Below are positions 41,939 through 51,557 of a stretch of 64,000 bases of DNA, in pieces (the stretch's first letter is position 1; each line of letters begins with the position of its first letter). The DNA lies in assembly GCA_036229005.1 (NCBI GenBank), contig JAZAMN010000052.1, positions 32,001 through 96,000 of the forward strand, given 5' to 3'. Position numbers and translations under genes: made by a program. The notes under the pieces were generated by a model. The model was not told the DNA's origin. It made no database searches and saw nothing but the letters and a program-made list of their open reading frames with translations. Source of the stretch: Myxococcota bacterium (GTDB taxonomy: Bacteria > Myxococcota_A > UBA796 > CAJQPC01).

Positions 41939-42876
41939 GGCCGCTCCTCCCAGTCCAGCAGGGCGGAGAAGTCGGGGCAGACCTCCCCGATGTCATTCCC
42001 GTCCAGCCAGGCGCGCCCGCAGCCGTCGCAGTCCGGTGGGTACATGGTCGTCCCGCCCGAGGGCACGCCGTCAAAGCGCAGCTCCACCCACCGCCCCTGG
42101 GCATCGCGCAGGGAGATGACCCCGCTGGGCTCGCTGGGGCAGGGGGAGCCGCGCGCCTCGTCGTAGATCACCACGCCCTCCAGCACCGCCGCGTTGACCG
42201 GCCCGGAGAGCCCGGAGATCGCGCTGTTCAGGGAGATGTAGAGCCCCCCGGTGGGCGAGCGGTTGGCCGACAGGGTGTGGTCCAGGCGCCAGGTCTCGCC
42301 AAGCCAGGTGTCGTCAAGTCCGGCGTTCGAGGACGAGAACTCGCCCCACATGTCGTGGTAGAAGTAGTCGTAGCTGTTGCCGGTGTGGAAGGCCTCGTAG
42401 CTGTTGCTGTAGCCCGCCGCCGCGATGCGCTCCCCGGCCGCCCCCGTGATGCTCCCGCTGCCGTAGAAGTAGCCCTGGTAGTCGTAGTCGTAGGAGCCCG
42501 CGCTGTTGCCGTGGGTCAGGTAGGAGCGCCCGTTGCCGGAGAACGCGCTGCCGCCGTCGGACTCGCAGTCGTCGATCCAGTAGTACTGCCCGTAGCTCTC
42601 CAGGTAGGAGTCGTAGTAGTAGGGGCAGTCGCCGTCGCTGCCGGCCTCCCGCAGGCCCTCGTAGGCGCCGTGGAACACCAGCGGATCCACCCGCAGCAGG
42701 GCGTCGATCGCGGTGTTCACCCCCTGGGCCAGCGCCTCGGCGCTCAGGGGCGGCTCGGCTTCTTCATCCGTCACCACCACGTAGGGCGTGGGCTCCTGGG
42801 ACTCCGCGGTCCCCGTGTCCTGGAGCTCGGGTGCGGGCTCGGACACCGCACAGGCCAGGGCCAACACCAGGCTCAT
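41929..42876 (-). CDS. Hypothetical Cys/Tyr-rich lipoprotein
   Basis: MSLVLALAC; CP..EPSG, CDGCG; overlaps the next gene by 10 nt. Confidence 0.75.
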   Translation of the reverse strand: MSLVLALACAVSEPAPELQDTGTAESQEPTPYVVVTDEEAEPPLSAEALAQGVNTAIDALLRVDPLVFHGAYEGLREAGSDGDCPYYYDSYLESYGQYYWIDDCESDGGSAFSGNGRSYLTHGNSAGSYDYDYQGYFYGSGSITGAAGERIAAAGYSNSYEAFHTGNSYDYFYHDMWGEFSSSNAGLDDTWLGETWRLDHTLSANRSPTGGLYISLNSAISGLSGPVNAAVLEGVVIYDEARGSPCPSEPSGVISLRDAQGRWVELRFDGVPSGGTTMYPPDCDGCGRAWLDGNDIGEVCPDFSALLDWEERPWR

Positions 42877-42999
42877 TCCACGCTCCGCGACAGGCGCTGT
42901 CAGCGTACCAGGGATCCCCCGCGATCCCCAGGGAGACCGGGCCCTCCCAAGCAGAGTTTCGGATCAAGCCCCCCCGCGTGTCCCACAATGGGAGGCGCC

Positions 43000-44418
43000 A
43001 TGACCCTGCTGATCCTGATGCTCGCCTGCGGCCGCAACCGCACCGCCCCCCAAGACTGCGACCCCGAGCTGGGCCTGGCCCAGTCCGAGCAGCCCTCCTT
43101 TGATGAAGAGGTCCGGCTGCGCTTGGAGCTCTCGCGGTGCACCGACGACACCTGCTTTGACGCCCGCGCCTGGCGTGAAGATCCCTCCACCGGCGAGGTC
43201 ACCCCGGGGCCCGCCCTGGACCTGGACCTGGCCTGGGGCAGCCTCGGCGAGCTCCAGCACGACGGCAGCGTGAGCACCTGGCGGGTCACCCCGCCCCACA
43301 ACGGCGAGCTGGCGGTCACGGTCCGGGACGACACCCGCGGCCTGAGCCTGCGCCGCACCGCACTGGTGTTCGACACGGTCGCGGAGAGCTGGGACCAGCC
43401 CTTGGCGGTCGAGGGCCTGGTCAACACCTGCGGCTGGGAGGACGGCGCGGCGCTCACCCCCGACGGCGCCTTCCTGTTCGTCCACTACCTGCCCGTCTCC
43501 ATCGACTGCCTGGTGCGCCCTGGGCGCCGCTTCTGTCGCACGGCGGTCGGCCCCGTCAGCGCCCCCGAGCGCCCAGACATGCCCGGCGCCGAGCGGGTGG
43601 ACGAGAGCGGCCGCATCCACCACGGCTGCCCCACCACCGGCCTGGACCCCATGCCCGTCCCCGTGCCGCCCAACTCCCTGTACGTGTTCGCGCGCCAGGA
43701 CGACGGCAGCTACGCCGAGCCCGCCGTGCTCCAGTTCGAGGGCCTGGACGGCTGCGTGGCGCCCTGGGGCCCCACCTTCCTGCCCGACGAGGGCAGCTCC
43801 GCGACCGGCACCCTGGTCGTGTCGGTGGACGACCCCTACGACGACCCGCCCTCCATCCCCGAGTGGGCCCCCCTCACCCTGGGGCAGACCCAGACCCTGG
43901 CCACCTGGGAGAAGGAGGCCGGCAACGCCTCCCGCACCAGCTCCCTGCTGGAGAGCGTGGGCCTGCAGGTCCCCGGGGGGCAGGCCGGAAACCCCCACCT
44001 GAGCGCCGACAGGAGCCAGCTCTGGTTCGACGACGAGGCGGACACCGACACCATCTATGTCACCGCTCTGGACAGCGATCTGCAGGCCACCGGTCAGCCA
44101 CAGAGGCTCCCCAGCGAGGTCTTCTCGGGCCACGAGTCCCAGCCCTACTTTGACGGCGAGCGGCTCTACTTCCGCCAGGACGTGACCCTGATGGTCGCGG
44201 AGTATCTGGGCGGCGACTTCGACCAGGCCAGCGCCTGGGGGACCCCCACTCCAGTGATCGCGGTCGAAGACCGCGGGGAGGCCGGGTCGATGGCCGGCGC
44301 CGGGGAGCCCACCATCGCGGAGATCGACGGCGCAGCGGTCCTGAGCTTTGTCTACGTCATCCGGCGCGAAGACGGAAGCCTGGACCTGAACCTTGGCCAG
44401 GTCGCGGCCCGGGACTGA
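43000..44418 (+). CDS. Lipoprotein with TolB/PD40-like beta-propeller segments
   Basis: MTLLILMLAC after GGAGG; VNT.GWED...LTPDG.FLF, NPHLSAD, ESQPY, GEPTI. Confidence 0.7.
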   Translation: MTLLILMLACGRNRTAPQDCDPELGLAQSEQPSFDEEVRLRLELSRCTDDTCFDARAWREDPSTGEVTPGPALDLDLAWGSLGELQHDGSVSTWRVTPPHNGELAVTVRDDTRGLSLRRTALVFDTVAESWDQPLAVEGLVNTCGWEDGAALTPDGAFLFVHYLPVSIDCLVRPGRRFCRTAVGPVSAPERPDMPGAERVDESGRIHHGCPTTGLDPMPVPVPPNSLYVFARQDDGSYAEPAVLQFEGLDGCVAPWGPTFLPDEGSSATGTLVVSVDDPYDDPPSIPEWAPLTLGQTQTLATWEKEAGNASRTSSLLESVGLQVPGGQAGNPHLSADRSQLWFDDEADTDTIYVTALDSDLQATGQPQRLPSEVFSGHESQPYFDGERLYFRQDVTLMVAEYLGGDFDQASAWGTPTPVIAVEDRGEAGSMAGAGEPTIAEIDGAAVLSFVYVIRREDGSLDLNLGQVAARD

Positions 44419-45748
44419 TCGCGGCCGAGGGGATCCGCGGCAGGGAGATCCGGAAGCTGGCGCCCTGACCGGGGGCGCTGTCCACCTCGATCTCGCCGCC
44501 GTGGTCCCGCACGATGCCCGCGACGATGGCCAGGCCCAGGCCCGTGCCGTGCCCCAGCTCCTTGGTGGTGAACAGGCGCTCGAAGATGCGCTCCTGCAGC
44601 TCGGGGCTGATGCCCTGCCCGGTGTCCTCCACCTGGAGGATCGCGCGCTGCTCGGTGGCCCAGAGGCTCAGGGTGACTGCGCCGCCTTCGGGCATGGCGT
44701 CGCGGGCGTTGGACACCAAGTTCAGCAGCACCTGCTGGAGCTTCACGCTCACGCCCTCCACCTGCACCGGCTGGGTGGGCAGCTCGATGAGGAGCTGGGT
44801 GCCGGGCGGCAGCGTGCGCCGCAGCATGCGCCCAGCCCGATCCACGAGCCGCACCAGATCCAGCGAGCGCGGCTGCGGCAGCTCCTTGCGGGTCAGGTTC
44901 GTCAGGGTCTGGAGCACGTCCGCCGACAGGTCCACGGCCTGGTGGATGGCCCGGATCGACTCCTGGGCCCCGGCGTCGCCCTCGGCGGCCTCCAGCAGAT
45001 CCGCGTGGGCCTGCACCACCATCAGGAAGTTCCGGACGTCGTGGGCCACGCCGCTGGCGAGCAGGGCCACCAGATCCGTGCGGTTGACGCGCTCGAGCCG
45101 CACCTGCAGCGCCTGGTCCTCCCCCTCGGCCTCCACCGCCTCGGTCACCAGGTTCAGGACGACCACGTGGCCCCCGGGCACGCCGGGCGTGGAGGACCAC
45201 GGGCTGGCCCCCCAGAGCACCCACTGGGTCCCGCTGGGCAGCGGCAGCGGCAGCGGCTCGGTGGCGCGGAAGCGGGCGCCGTCGAGCTCCTCGACGAGCT
45301 GCCCGACAAAGCCCTGGGCGACCGGGCTGCGATCCAAGGCGATGGGCCCGCTGGGGTGGAAGAGCCGATTCCAGCACTCGCTGGTGGCCAGGTATTGTCC
45401 GTCCTCCCCCAGGATGGCCAGGGGAACGGGGGCCTGGGTCAGCACCGCCTGGAGCTGGGTCTCCTTGCTGAAGGCCTCTTCGACGAGCTGGTCGGAGCCC
45501 AGGGTGAACAGCAGGAAGAGCCAGACGGCGGGCACCAGGATGCCCAGGTTCTCGGTGATGCGGCCGGCCTGCGGGAGGCCCAGCCACTCGAGCCCCTCGC
45601 CCAGGTGGATCAGCGCGGCCAGCACCAGCAGCCCCAGCAGCACCGAGCGGGTGCCCGCGCGGCCGGCCAGGTCCCGGCGCCAGAGCCAGCCAGCGGCCAC
45701 GACACACGAAGCGGCGGCCACGAACTGCAGCAGGAGCTCGGGGCTCAT
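44357..45748 (-). CDS. Membrane-bound sensor histidine kinase
   Basis: GVAHDVRN (H box), LNLVSNARDAM, VEDTGQG, LFTTK, GTGLGL; N-terminal TMs and a PAS-like segment. Confidence 0.93.
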   Translation of the reverse strand: MSPELLLQFVAAASCVVAAGWLWRRDLAGRAGTRSVLLGLLVLAALIHLGEGLEWLGLPQAGRITENLGILVPAVWLFLLFTLGSDQLVEEAFSKETQLQAVLTQAPVPLAILGEDGQYLATSECWNRLFHPSGPIALDRSPVAQGFVGQLVEELDGARFRATEPLPLPLPSGTQWVLWGASPWSSTPGVPGGHVVVLNLVTEAVEAEGEDQALQVRLERVNRTDLVALLASGVAHDVRNFLMVVQAHADLLEAAEGDAGAQESIRAIHQAVDLSADVLQTLTNLTRKELPQPRSLDLVRLVDRAGRMLRRTLPPGTQLLIELPTQPVQVEGVSVKLQQVLLNLVSNARDAMPEGGAVTLSLWATEQRAILQVEDTGQGISPELQERIFERLFTTKELGHGTGLGLAIVAGIVRDHGGEIEVDSAPGQGASFRISLPRIPSAAISPGPRPGQGSGPGFRLRAG

Positions 45749-46050
45749 CGCCGCACCCGAGAGCGGGCGAAGGCCACCGCCCAGACCACCAGCAGCAGGG
45801 AGTGGAGCGCGGCCAGGCCATGCTCGGCCAGGTCCATGGGGTCCCGCAGCATCGGGTGTACGCCGCCCTCGGCGACCGTGACCACGCCGCTGAGCACCCG
45901 ACTGACCAGCGAGCCGACCAGCCAGCCCCAGCCGTGCACCCGCGCGATCTTCGCCCGGCCCACCAGCATGTAGGCCAGACAGCCCAGGCTCAGCAGCAGG
46001 GTCGCGACCTCTCGGTCCTCGACGGTGGATGCGAGCGTTGACCAGTCCAG
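45745..46050 (-). CDS. Small 3-TM membrane protein coupled to the histidine kinase
   Basis: The frame extends to CTG at 46050 (GGAG 7 nt upstream), giving MDWSTLASTVEDREVATLLLSLGCLAYMLVGR...; ATGA overlap with the kinase. Confidence 0.6.
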   Translation of the reverse strand: MDWSTLASTVEDREVATLLLSLGCLAYMLVGRAKIARVHGWGWLVGSLVSRVLSGVVTVAEGGVHPMLRDPMDLAEHGLAALHSLLLVVWAVAFARSRVRR

Positions 46051-46163
46051 GGGAGCACTCCAGGCTCGAAGGTGAACCCCCCAGCCCCTATCGGACCACC
46101 GTCCACCTCAAAAAAGCAAGCCTCCCCCCAAAAAGCCGCCGGGGTGGGGGTAGACTGCGGACC

Positions 46164-47111
46164 ATGCTGCACATTCTCTTGATGCTGGCCTGCAAGGGGG
46201 ACTCTCCGCCGGACAGCGACTCCGGGGACTCCGCGCTCCCCGCCGATCCGGACCCCGCCACCGTCGCACTGAACGGCGACTGCCCCCTGTCCGAGGACTG
46301 GGGCGGCTTCGTGGTCCAGAGCTCCACCCTCTCCCAGGAGCACGGCGTGGACGGCAAGGTCGCCGACTCGATCTGGCCCTGGGCGGAGCTGGAGGAGATC
46401 GCGGCCGAGGGCGACTGCAGGCTGCTGCGCCGCAACGTGCCCTTCTGCGAGGGCGGCTGCGAGGCGGGCACGACCTGCACTTTTGACGGCGAGTGCGTGC
46501 CCGAGCCCAAGAACCAGGACCTGGGCACCGTGCGCGTGCGCGGCCTGGTCCAAGCCGTGGAGATGACCCCGGCGATCGGGAACACCTACTACGACACCAG
46601 CCTGCCCAACCCCCTGGCCACCCCCGGCGAGCTGATCGTCCTGCAGACCGGGGACGGCAGCTATGGCCCCCAGACGCTCTACGGGGTGGCGGTGGACCCG
46701 CTGGTCGCCCTGGACAGCGAGTGGCTGATCGCCGGAGGGCGGGATCTGCAGGTCTCCTGGGAGCCCCCCACCAGCACCCCCGCGCGGGCCCAGGTGGCGC
46801 TGTTCGTGAACATGGACGTGCACGGCGCGAGCCCCGCGGCGCTGTACTGCACCTTCCAGGACACCGGCTCCGGCACCGTGCCCGGCGCGCTGATCGAGAC
46901 CCTGGTGGAGGCGGGCGTGACCGGGTTCCCCTCTGGCCGCCTGAACCGCCGCACGGTGGACTCCGTGGACCTGGACCCGGGCTGCATGGACTTTGTGGTG
47001 GGCAGCCCCGTCAGCGTCGAGGTCGACGTGGAGGGCTTCACGCCCTGCATCAGCACCGATGACTGCCCGGACGGCATGACCTGCGACACGGAGCTGCAGG
47101 TCTGCTACTGA
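46164..47111 (+). CDS. Cys-rich lipoprotein
   Basis: MLHILLMLAC; CEGGC..GTTC...GEC; C-terminal CISTDDCPDGMTC...C. Confidence 0.8.
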   Translation: MLHILLMLACKGDSPPDSDSGDSALPADPDPATVALNGDCPLSEDWGGFVVQSSTLSQEHGVDGKVADSIWPWAELEEIAAEGDCRLLRRNVPFCEGGCEAGTTCTFDGECVPEPKNQDLGTVRVRGLVQAVEMTPAIGNTYYDTSLPNPLATPGELIVLQTGDGSYGPQTLYGVAVDPLVALDSEWLIAGGRDLQVSWEPPTSTPARAQVALFVNMDVHGASPAALYCTFQDTGSGTVPGALIETLVEAGVTGFPSGRLNRRTVDSVDLDPGCMDFVVGSPVSVEVDVEGFTPCISTDDCPDGMTCDTELQVCY

Positions 47112-47138
47112 GCGCCCGCCGGGGGTCTGGTCAGGGGG

Positions 47139-48677
47139 CTAGTCGCAGGTGCCGGCCTGCTCGTAGTAGACCTCCAGGACCTGCCCGGTGTTCAGGTTCA
47201 GGTCGTCCACGTCGATGCTGTTGAGGCGGGGGTTGTAGCTCCAGCCCAGGTCTTCGATGAAGCCGTCCACGCGCACCTGGATCGAAGACTCCAGGGGGGT
47301 GCCCTCGAGCGCGAACACCTCGTCGGAGGTCACGGAGGCGGCGACCAGCGCCTCCATCATGTCGCTCCAGTCCTCCTTGCAGATGTCCCCGTGGTAGCCG
47401 CCGGTCTCGCGGATGGCCTCGTTCAGGCCGCCGGGGTCTTCGGCGCCGCAGGTCCACGAGAGCCCGCCCGCGATGGCGTGGAAGAGGATGTCGTCCGCGT
47501 CGTCCTTGTAGGTCCTCGCGCGCGAGACGTAGGTCATGCCGCTGCCGCCGCCGCTCTGCTCCAGGTCCCGGTTGATGGTGACCAGGTTGAGCTTGGAGTC
47601 GGCCCAGTGCTCGTCCTCGAAGAGCCAGGACTGGTTCTGGTCGATGCCGTTGAGCAGGGTGGTGAAGGACTGGTCGTTGTCCCCCACCGTCTGGTTCATC
47701 ATCTCCTCGAAGGCCTCGACGGACTCTTCGACGGTGAAGCTCTCGTCGATGTAGGGCTCGCTGCCGTTCACCACTCCGGTGGTCTGGAGCAGCGCGGCGA
47801 CGCGATAGGGCCGCCCGGTGTCCTGCAAGGCCTGGAAGAAGGTGGGCAGCGCCGCCAGGAAGGTCTCGGAGAACTGCGACCAGGAGGAGTTGGGCACCAC
47901 ACACTCGTTGGTGTGGATCAGGAAGGTGCTGCGGCTGCGGTCACCGACCACGAACTCCAGGGTCTTCTCGGCGTCGACGCTGCCGGTCCCGCGCACCTCG
48001 ATCAGGCCCTCGTCCACGTTGGAGTGCACCTGCAGGTAGGCGACCTCCTCGTGCTTGGTGCTGGGGTTGAACTGCACCGCGACCTCGACCGAGTCGTAGC
48101 TGCGCAGGGTCCAGGGGAAGGCCTCCTCCGGCGTGCGCAGGCTGAAGCTGCTGCCCCCGCTCAGGAACAGGGAGTCGATCACCAGAACCGTGTTGCCGGT
48201 GTTGGTCAGCGAGAGCTTGTACTCATCCAGGCAGCCCACCGAGACCTCGCCAAAGTCCAGCTTGGTCCAGGAGAGCTTGAGCTCCGGCCCCAACCCGTTC
48301 CCGACCATGGGCACCAGCACGCTGTCCACCAGGGCGGGGCTCGGGCCCAGCTTCAGCTCCAGGTCGTCCCAGAGCTCGCCCGTCTCGGTGACGGTCCACA
48401 CGACGGTGAGCTCCAGGCTCTGCCCCGGATCCACAAAGGGGGTGGCCGGCGCGAGCACCTGCAGTTCCACCCCGGCCGGCGCGTTGGTGCCCAGAAACAG
48501 CGCCTGGACATCGCCCTCGTTGACCAGCGTGACCGTGGCCTCGCCGGAGCGGCCCACCTCGACATCGCCAAAGTCCAGCGACCCGGCCACGGAGACCGCA
48601 TAGACCGCCTCCACGGCAGGCGCCTGGGTGTCCTGGACCTCTTCGTCCCCACACGCGGCAAGCAAGAGCCACCACAT
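47139..48677 (-). CDS. Lipoprotein with two Ig-like (ASH/choice-of-anchor D) domains and a degenerate vWA-like domain
   Basis: LDFGDVEVG...VTLVNEG and LDFGEVSVG...LTNTGN; C-terminal ETGG...DICKEDWS; MWWLLLAAC. Confidence 0.75.
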   Translation of the reverse strand: MWWLLLAACGDEEVQDTQAPAVEAVYAVSVAGSLDFGDVEVGRSGEATVTLVNEGDVQALFLGTNAPAGVELQVLAPATPFVDPGQSLELTVVWTVTETGELWDDLELKLGPSPALVDSVLVPMVGNGLGPELKLSWTKLDFGEVSVGCLDEYKLSLTNTGNTVLVIDSLFLSGGSSFSLRTPEEAFPWTLRSYDSVEVAVQFNPSTKHEEVAYLQVHSNVDEGLIEVRGTGSVDAEKTLEFVVGDRSRSTFLIHTNECVVPNSSWSQFSETFLAALPTFFQALQDTGRPYRVAALLQTTGVVNGSEPYIDESFTVEESVEAFEEMMNQTVGDNDQSFTTLLNGIDQNQSWLFEDEHWADSKLNLVTINRDLEQSGGGSGMTYVSRARTYKDDADDILFHAIAGGLSWTCGAEDPGGLNEAIRETGGYHGDICKEDWSDMMEALVAASVTSDEVFALEGTPLESSIQVRVDGFIEDLGWSYNPRLNSIDVDDLNLNTGQVLEVYYEQAGTCD

Positions 48678-48817
48678 CCCGCACTCCTGTCACTGATACT
48701 CCAGCCAGTCTGCCCCAGTTCTCGCGACAACGCCAGCTTTCGCCGGGTGATCTGGCGACTGAGCGTCTCCGAGCGGCCTGCGGGCGTGTACACTGCCGCG
48801 CGACGACGGAGGCGACA

Positions 48818-49915
48818 GTGCACGCGAGCCTGCTGATGCTCTGGCTGGGTTGCTCGGGGGATGAGACGCCCCAGGACAGCGAGCCTGTGGAGACGACAGA
48901 TGACACGGGGACCCAGGACACCGCCGACACGGGCGAGCCGGATCCCTGCGCGACCCCGACCGTGACCTTTATCCGCGCGGACGGCCGCGAGAAGGACATG
49001 AGCGACTACCTGATCAGCGGGGACTACCTGACGCTGGCAGAGGAGGGGCGGCTCGAGGTGTGTCCGGGAGAGTGGTTCACCCGCATCCGCGTCCGGGCCA
49101 ACGTACAGATCGTCGGGCTGGGGGATGCCCCCGAGGACACGCTGCTGTCGGGCGGTGAGTCCGGCACCATCCTGGACGTCGCGGGTCCGGACGTGACGGT
49201 CTCCGTGTCCAACCTGCAGCTCGACCGCGGCGCCGGGCTGGACCCCGACCACAACTCCGGCGGCGGCGGCCTCTACTGCGCCCAGCAGGGCGCGCTGGAG
49301 CTCAGCGACCTGCTGTTCACCAACAACTACGCCGACGACGGCGCGGCGCTCTACACCGAGGACTGCACGGTGGTGGGCACCAACCTCACCATGCGCGACA
49401 ACTACAGCGACGACGACGGCGGCGCCCTGCGCCTGGGCCGCAGCACGGGCAGCTTCGACGGCCTGGTCATGAGCGGGAACAGCTCGCTGGACGGCGGCGC
49501 CGCGGCCTTCTTCGAGAGCACGGTGAGCATCCAGAACGCCGAGATCTCCAACAACACGGGGACCAACTTCGCGGCCGGGATCTGGTCCAACGACAACGAG
49601 CTCACCCTGACCGACGTGGTGTTCTCGGGCAACGTCAACAACGGCAGCTCCCACTACGGCGGCGCGCTGATCACCCGCGGCAACAGCACGCTGAACCGCG
49701 TGACCTTCACGTCCAACAGCGGGCCCCTGGGCGGCGCGCTCTTTGTCTACGTGGACTCGACCACGCAGGTGATCAACAGCGACTTCTCGGACAACTCCCC
49801 CCACGACGTCTACGCCCACAACGGCAAGGGCTCCAACGGCTACGGCGGCACGACCTACACCGCCGGGGCGGCCGCGACCTTCACCTGCAGCAACAACACC
49901 TGCGCCGGGCTCTGA
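48818..49915 (+). CDS. Lipoprotein with parallel beta-helix repeats
   Basis: LWLGC; repeated N....GGA(L/A) motifs. Confidence 0.82.
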   Translation: MHASLLMLWLGCSGDETPQDSEPVETTDDTGTQDTADTGEPDPCATPTVTFIRADGREKDMSDYLISGDYLTLAEEGRLEVCPGEWFTRIRVRANVQIVGLGDAPEDTLLSGGESGTILDVAGPDVTVSVSNLQLDRGAGLDPDHNSGGGGLYCAQQGALELSDLLFTNNYADDGAALYTEDCTVVGTNLTMRDNYSDDDGGALRLGRSTGSFDGLVMSGNSSLDGGAAAFFESTVSIQNAEISNNTGTNFAAGIWSNDNELTLTDVVFSGNVNNGSSHYGGALITRGNSTLNRVTFTSNSGPLGGALFVYVDSTTQVINSDFSDNSPHDVYAHNGKGSNGYGGTTYTAGAAATFTCSNNTCAGL

Positions 49916-50911
49916 ATGCTGCTGCTGCTGCTGGGCTGCGTCGCCCCAAAGGTGTCCTCGCCGGCGCCGCAGAGCGTCAGCAGTGCCCGAGGGGGCGCGG
50001 AGTTGGTGGTGAGGGGCAGCCCCTCCGAGCGCGCACAAGCCCCTCCCGCTGACCTGGTCCTGTACTACGGCGGGGAGCTTGGGGGTTCGCTGGAGACCTG
50101 CGGGTGCCCGGATCGGCCCCGGGGCTCCACGGCCCGCATCGCCACCTATCTGGACGCGGTGCAGGCCCTGCGCCCGGACGAGCGGCGGGTGCTCCTGATG
50201 GCCGGGAACGTGTACGAAGACGCCATGGGCCTGGACGGCGCGCCCCGACCCGAGGTCGCGGTGATGAACCGCTACGTGACCCAGGCATTGGACATGCTGC
50301 GCGTGGACGTGGCGAACATCGGGTACGTGGACCTGCCCGGCGCGCTGGCCGAGCCGACGCTCCCCCCCTGGGCGGTCTCCGCGAACACCAGCGGGCTGCC
50401 GTCCAGCCGGATTGTCGAGGTCGACGGGGTGCGCGTGGGGGTCGTGGGCATCACCAAGTACGGGCTGACCCTGGAGCCCACCCCGGGGCACGCGATCCAG
50501 GACCCCTACCGGCCTGGCGTGGCCGCCATCGAGGCGCTGGTCCCCCACAGCGACGTGCAGGTGCTGCTCTCCTACGGCGCCGGCCAGGTCGCGGCCGACA
50601 TCGCCCGGAACACCCCCGCGCTGGATGTGGTGATCGACGCAGACATGCACCAGGGCTTCTTCGAGCCCGAGATCGTGGGGGAGGCGATCTGGCTGCGCGC
50701 CCCCTTCCAGACCCGGCGCCTTGGAGAGCTGCGCCTGGCTCTGCCCCCGGAGGGGGGCGTGGCGCTGATCGTGGACCGCCGCATCGACCTGGACCCCGAG
50801 CTGCCCGACCAGCCCCAGATGGCTGCCCTGGCGGCCCAGGCGCGGGAGGCCATCGACGCGGCGACGGTGACCTCGTCGGGGCCCGGATATGTGCTGGAGC
50901 CGGGACACTGA
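49916..50911 (+). CDS. UshA-like metallophosphoesterase-fold lipoprotein with CGC motif
   Basis: MLLLLLGC; GSLETCGC, GSTARIAT, LLMAGN, VSAN, GVRVGVVGIT. Confidence 0.72.
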   Translation: MLLLLLGCVAPKVSSPAPQSVSSARGGAELVVRGSPSERAQAPPADLVLYYGGELGGSLETCGCPDRPRGSTARIATYLDAVQALRPDERRVLLMAGNVYEDAMGLDGAPRPEVAVMNRYVTQALDMLRVDVANIGYVDLPGALAEPTLPPWAVSANTSGLPSSRIVEVDGVRVGVVGITKYGLTLEPTPGHAIQDPYRPGVAAIEALVPHSDVQVLLSYGAGQVAADIARNTPALDVVIDADMHQGFFEPEIVGEAIWLRAPFQTRRLGELRLALPPEGGVALIVDRRIDLDPELPDQPQMAALAAQAREAIDAATVTSSGPGYVLEPGH

Positions 50912-50930
50912 GCGCCCAGAGAGGTGAGGA

Positions 50931-51482
50931 ATGATGTTCGCGTTGCTGCTGGCCTGCTTGCCCCCCTCCGCAGAGCCAGCCCAGGCCGATCCCGCCCCGG
51001 AGGCGGCCCCCGCGACCCAAGAGGCCCCCGCTGCCGAGGGGCTGGAGTGGGTGATCCTGGACCCCAAGGGCGCCCCCCTGTCCGAGCAGTTGGCGCAGCA
51101 CGCCGCGAAGGCCCACGAGGCCGGTCGACTGCCCGTGGCCTACCTGGGTGCCCGGTGGTGCGCGCCCTGCAAGGTGTTCAAGAAGCAGCGGAACGCCCCG
51201 GAGATCCAGGCGGCGCTGGCGGGCGTGACCCTGCTGGAGATCGACGTGGATCCTTGGATGTCGCAGCTCGGGGACGCGGGCGTGAAGGTCGCCGCCATCC
51301 CTCACTGGTTCCCGCTGGACGCCCAGGGCAAGCCCACGGGACCGGGCGTGAGCGGGGATGCGTGGAAGGACCTGAGCCCAGGCGCGATGGCCCCCACCCT
51401 CAACACCCTCAAGGCGCACCCCAAGGGCAGCCAGATCCAGGCCCCAGGCGAGGTCACGCCGGATGCGCGGTCCACGGATTGA
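50931..51482 (+). CDS. Thioredoxin-fold lipoprotein
   Basis: GARWCAPC, IDVD, AIP; MMFALLLAC. Confidence 0.88.
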   Translation: MMFALLLACLPPSAEPAQADPAPEAAPATQEAPAAEGLEWVILDPKGAPLSEQLAQHAAKAHEAGRLPVAYLGARWCAPCKVFKKQRNAPEIQAALAGVTLLEIDVDPWMSQLGDAGVKVAAIPHWFPLDAQGKPTGPGVSGDAWKDLSPGAMAPTLNTLKAHPKGSQIQAPGEVTPDARSTD

Positions 51483-51557
51483 CACCGAATTGTAAGCGCT
51501 CGTAACCCCGAGCCGGCGAACCCCCGCTATAAGAAGGCCTTCCCACTGGAAGCTGCC

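Noticed and set aside
50090..50110. Selenocysteine recoding in the UshA-like CGC motif
   Set aside because: Both codons are TGC; there is no in-frame TGA.
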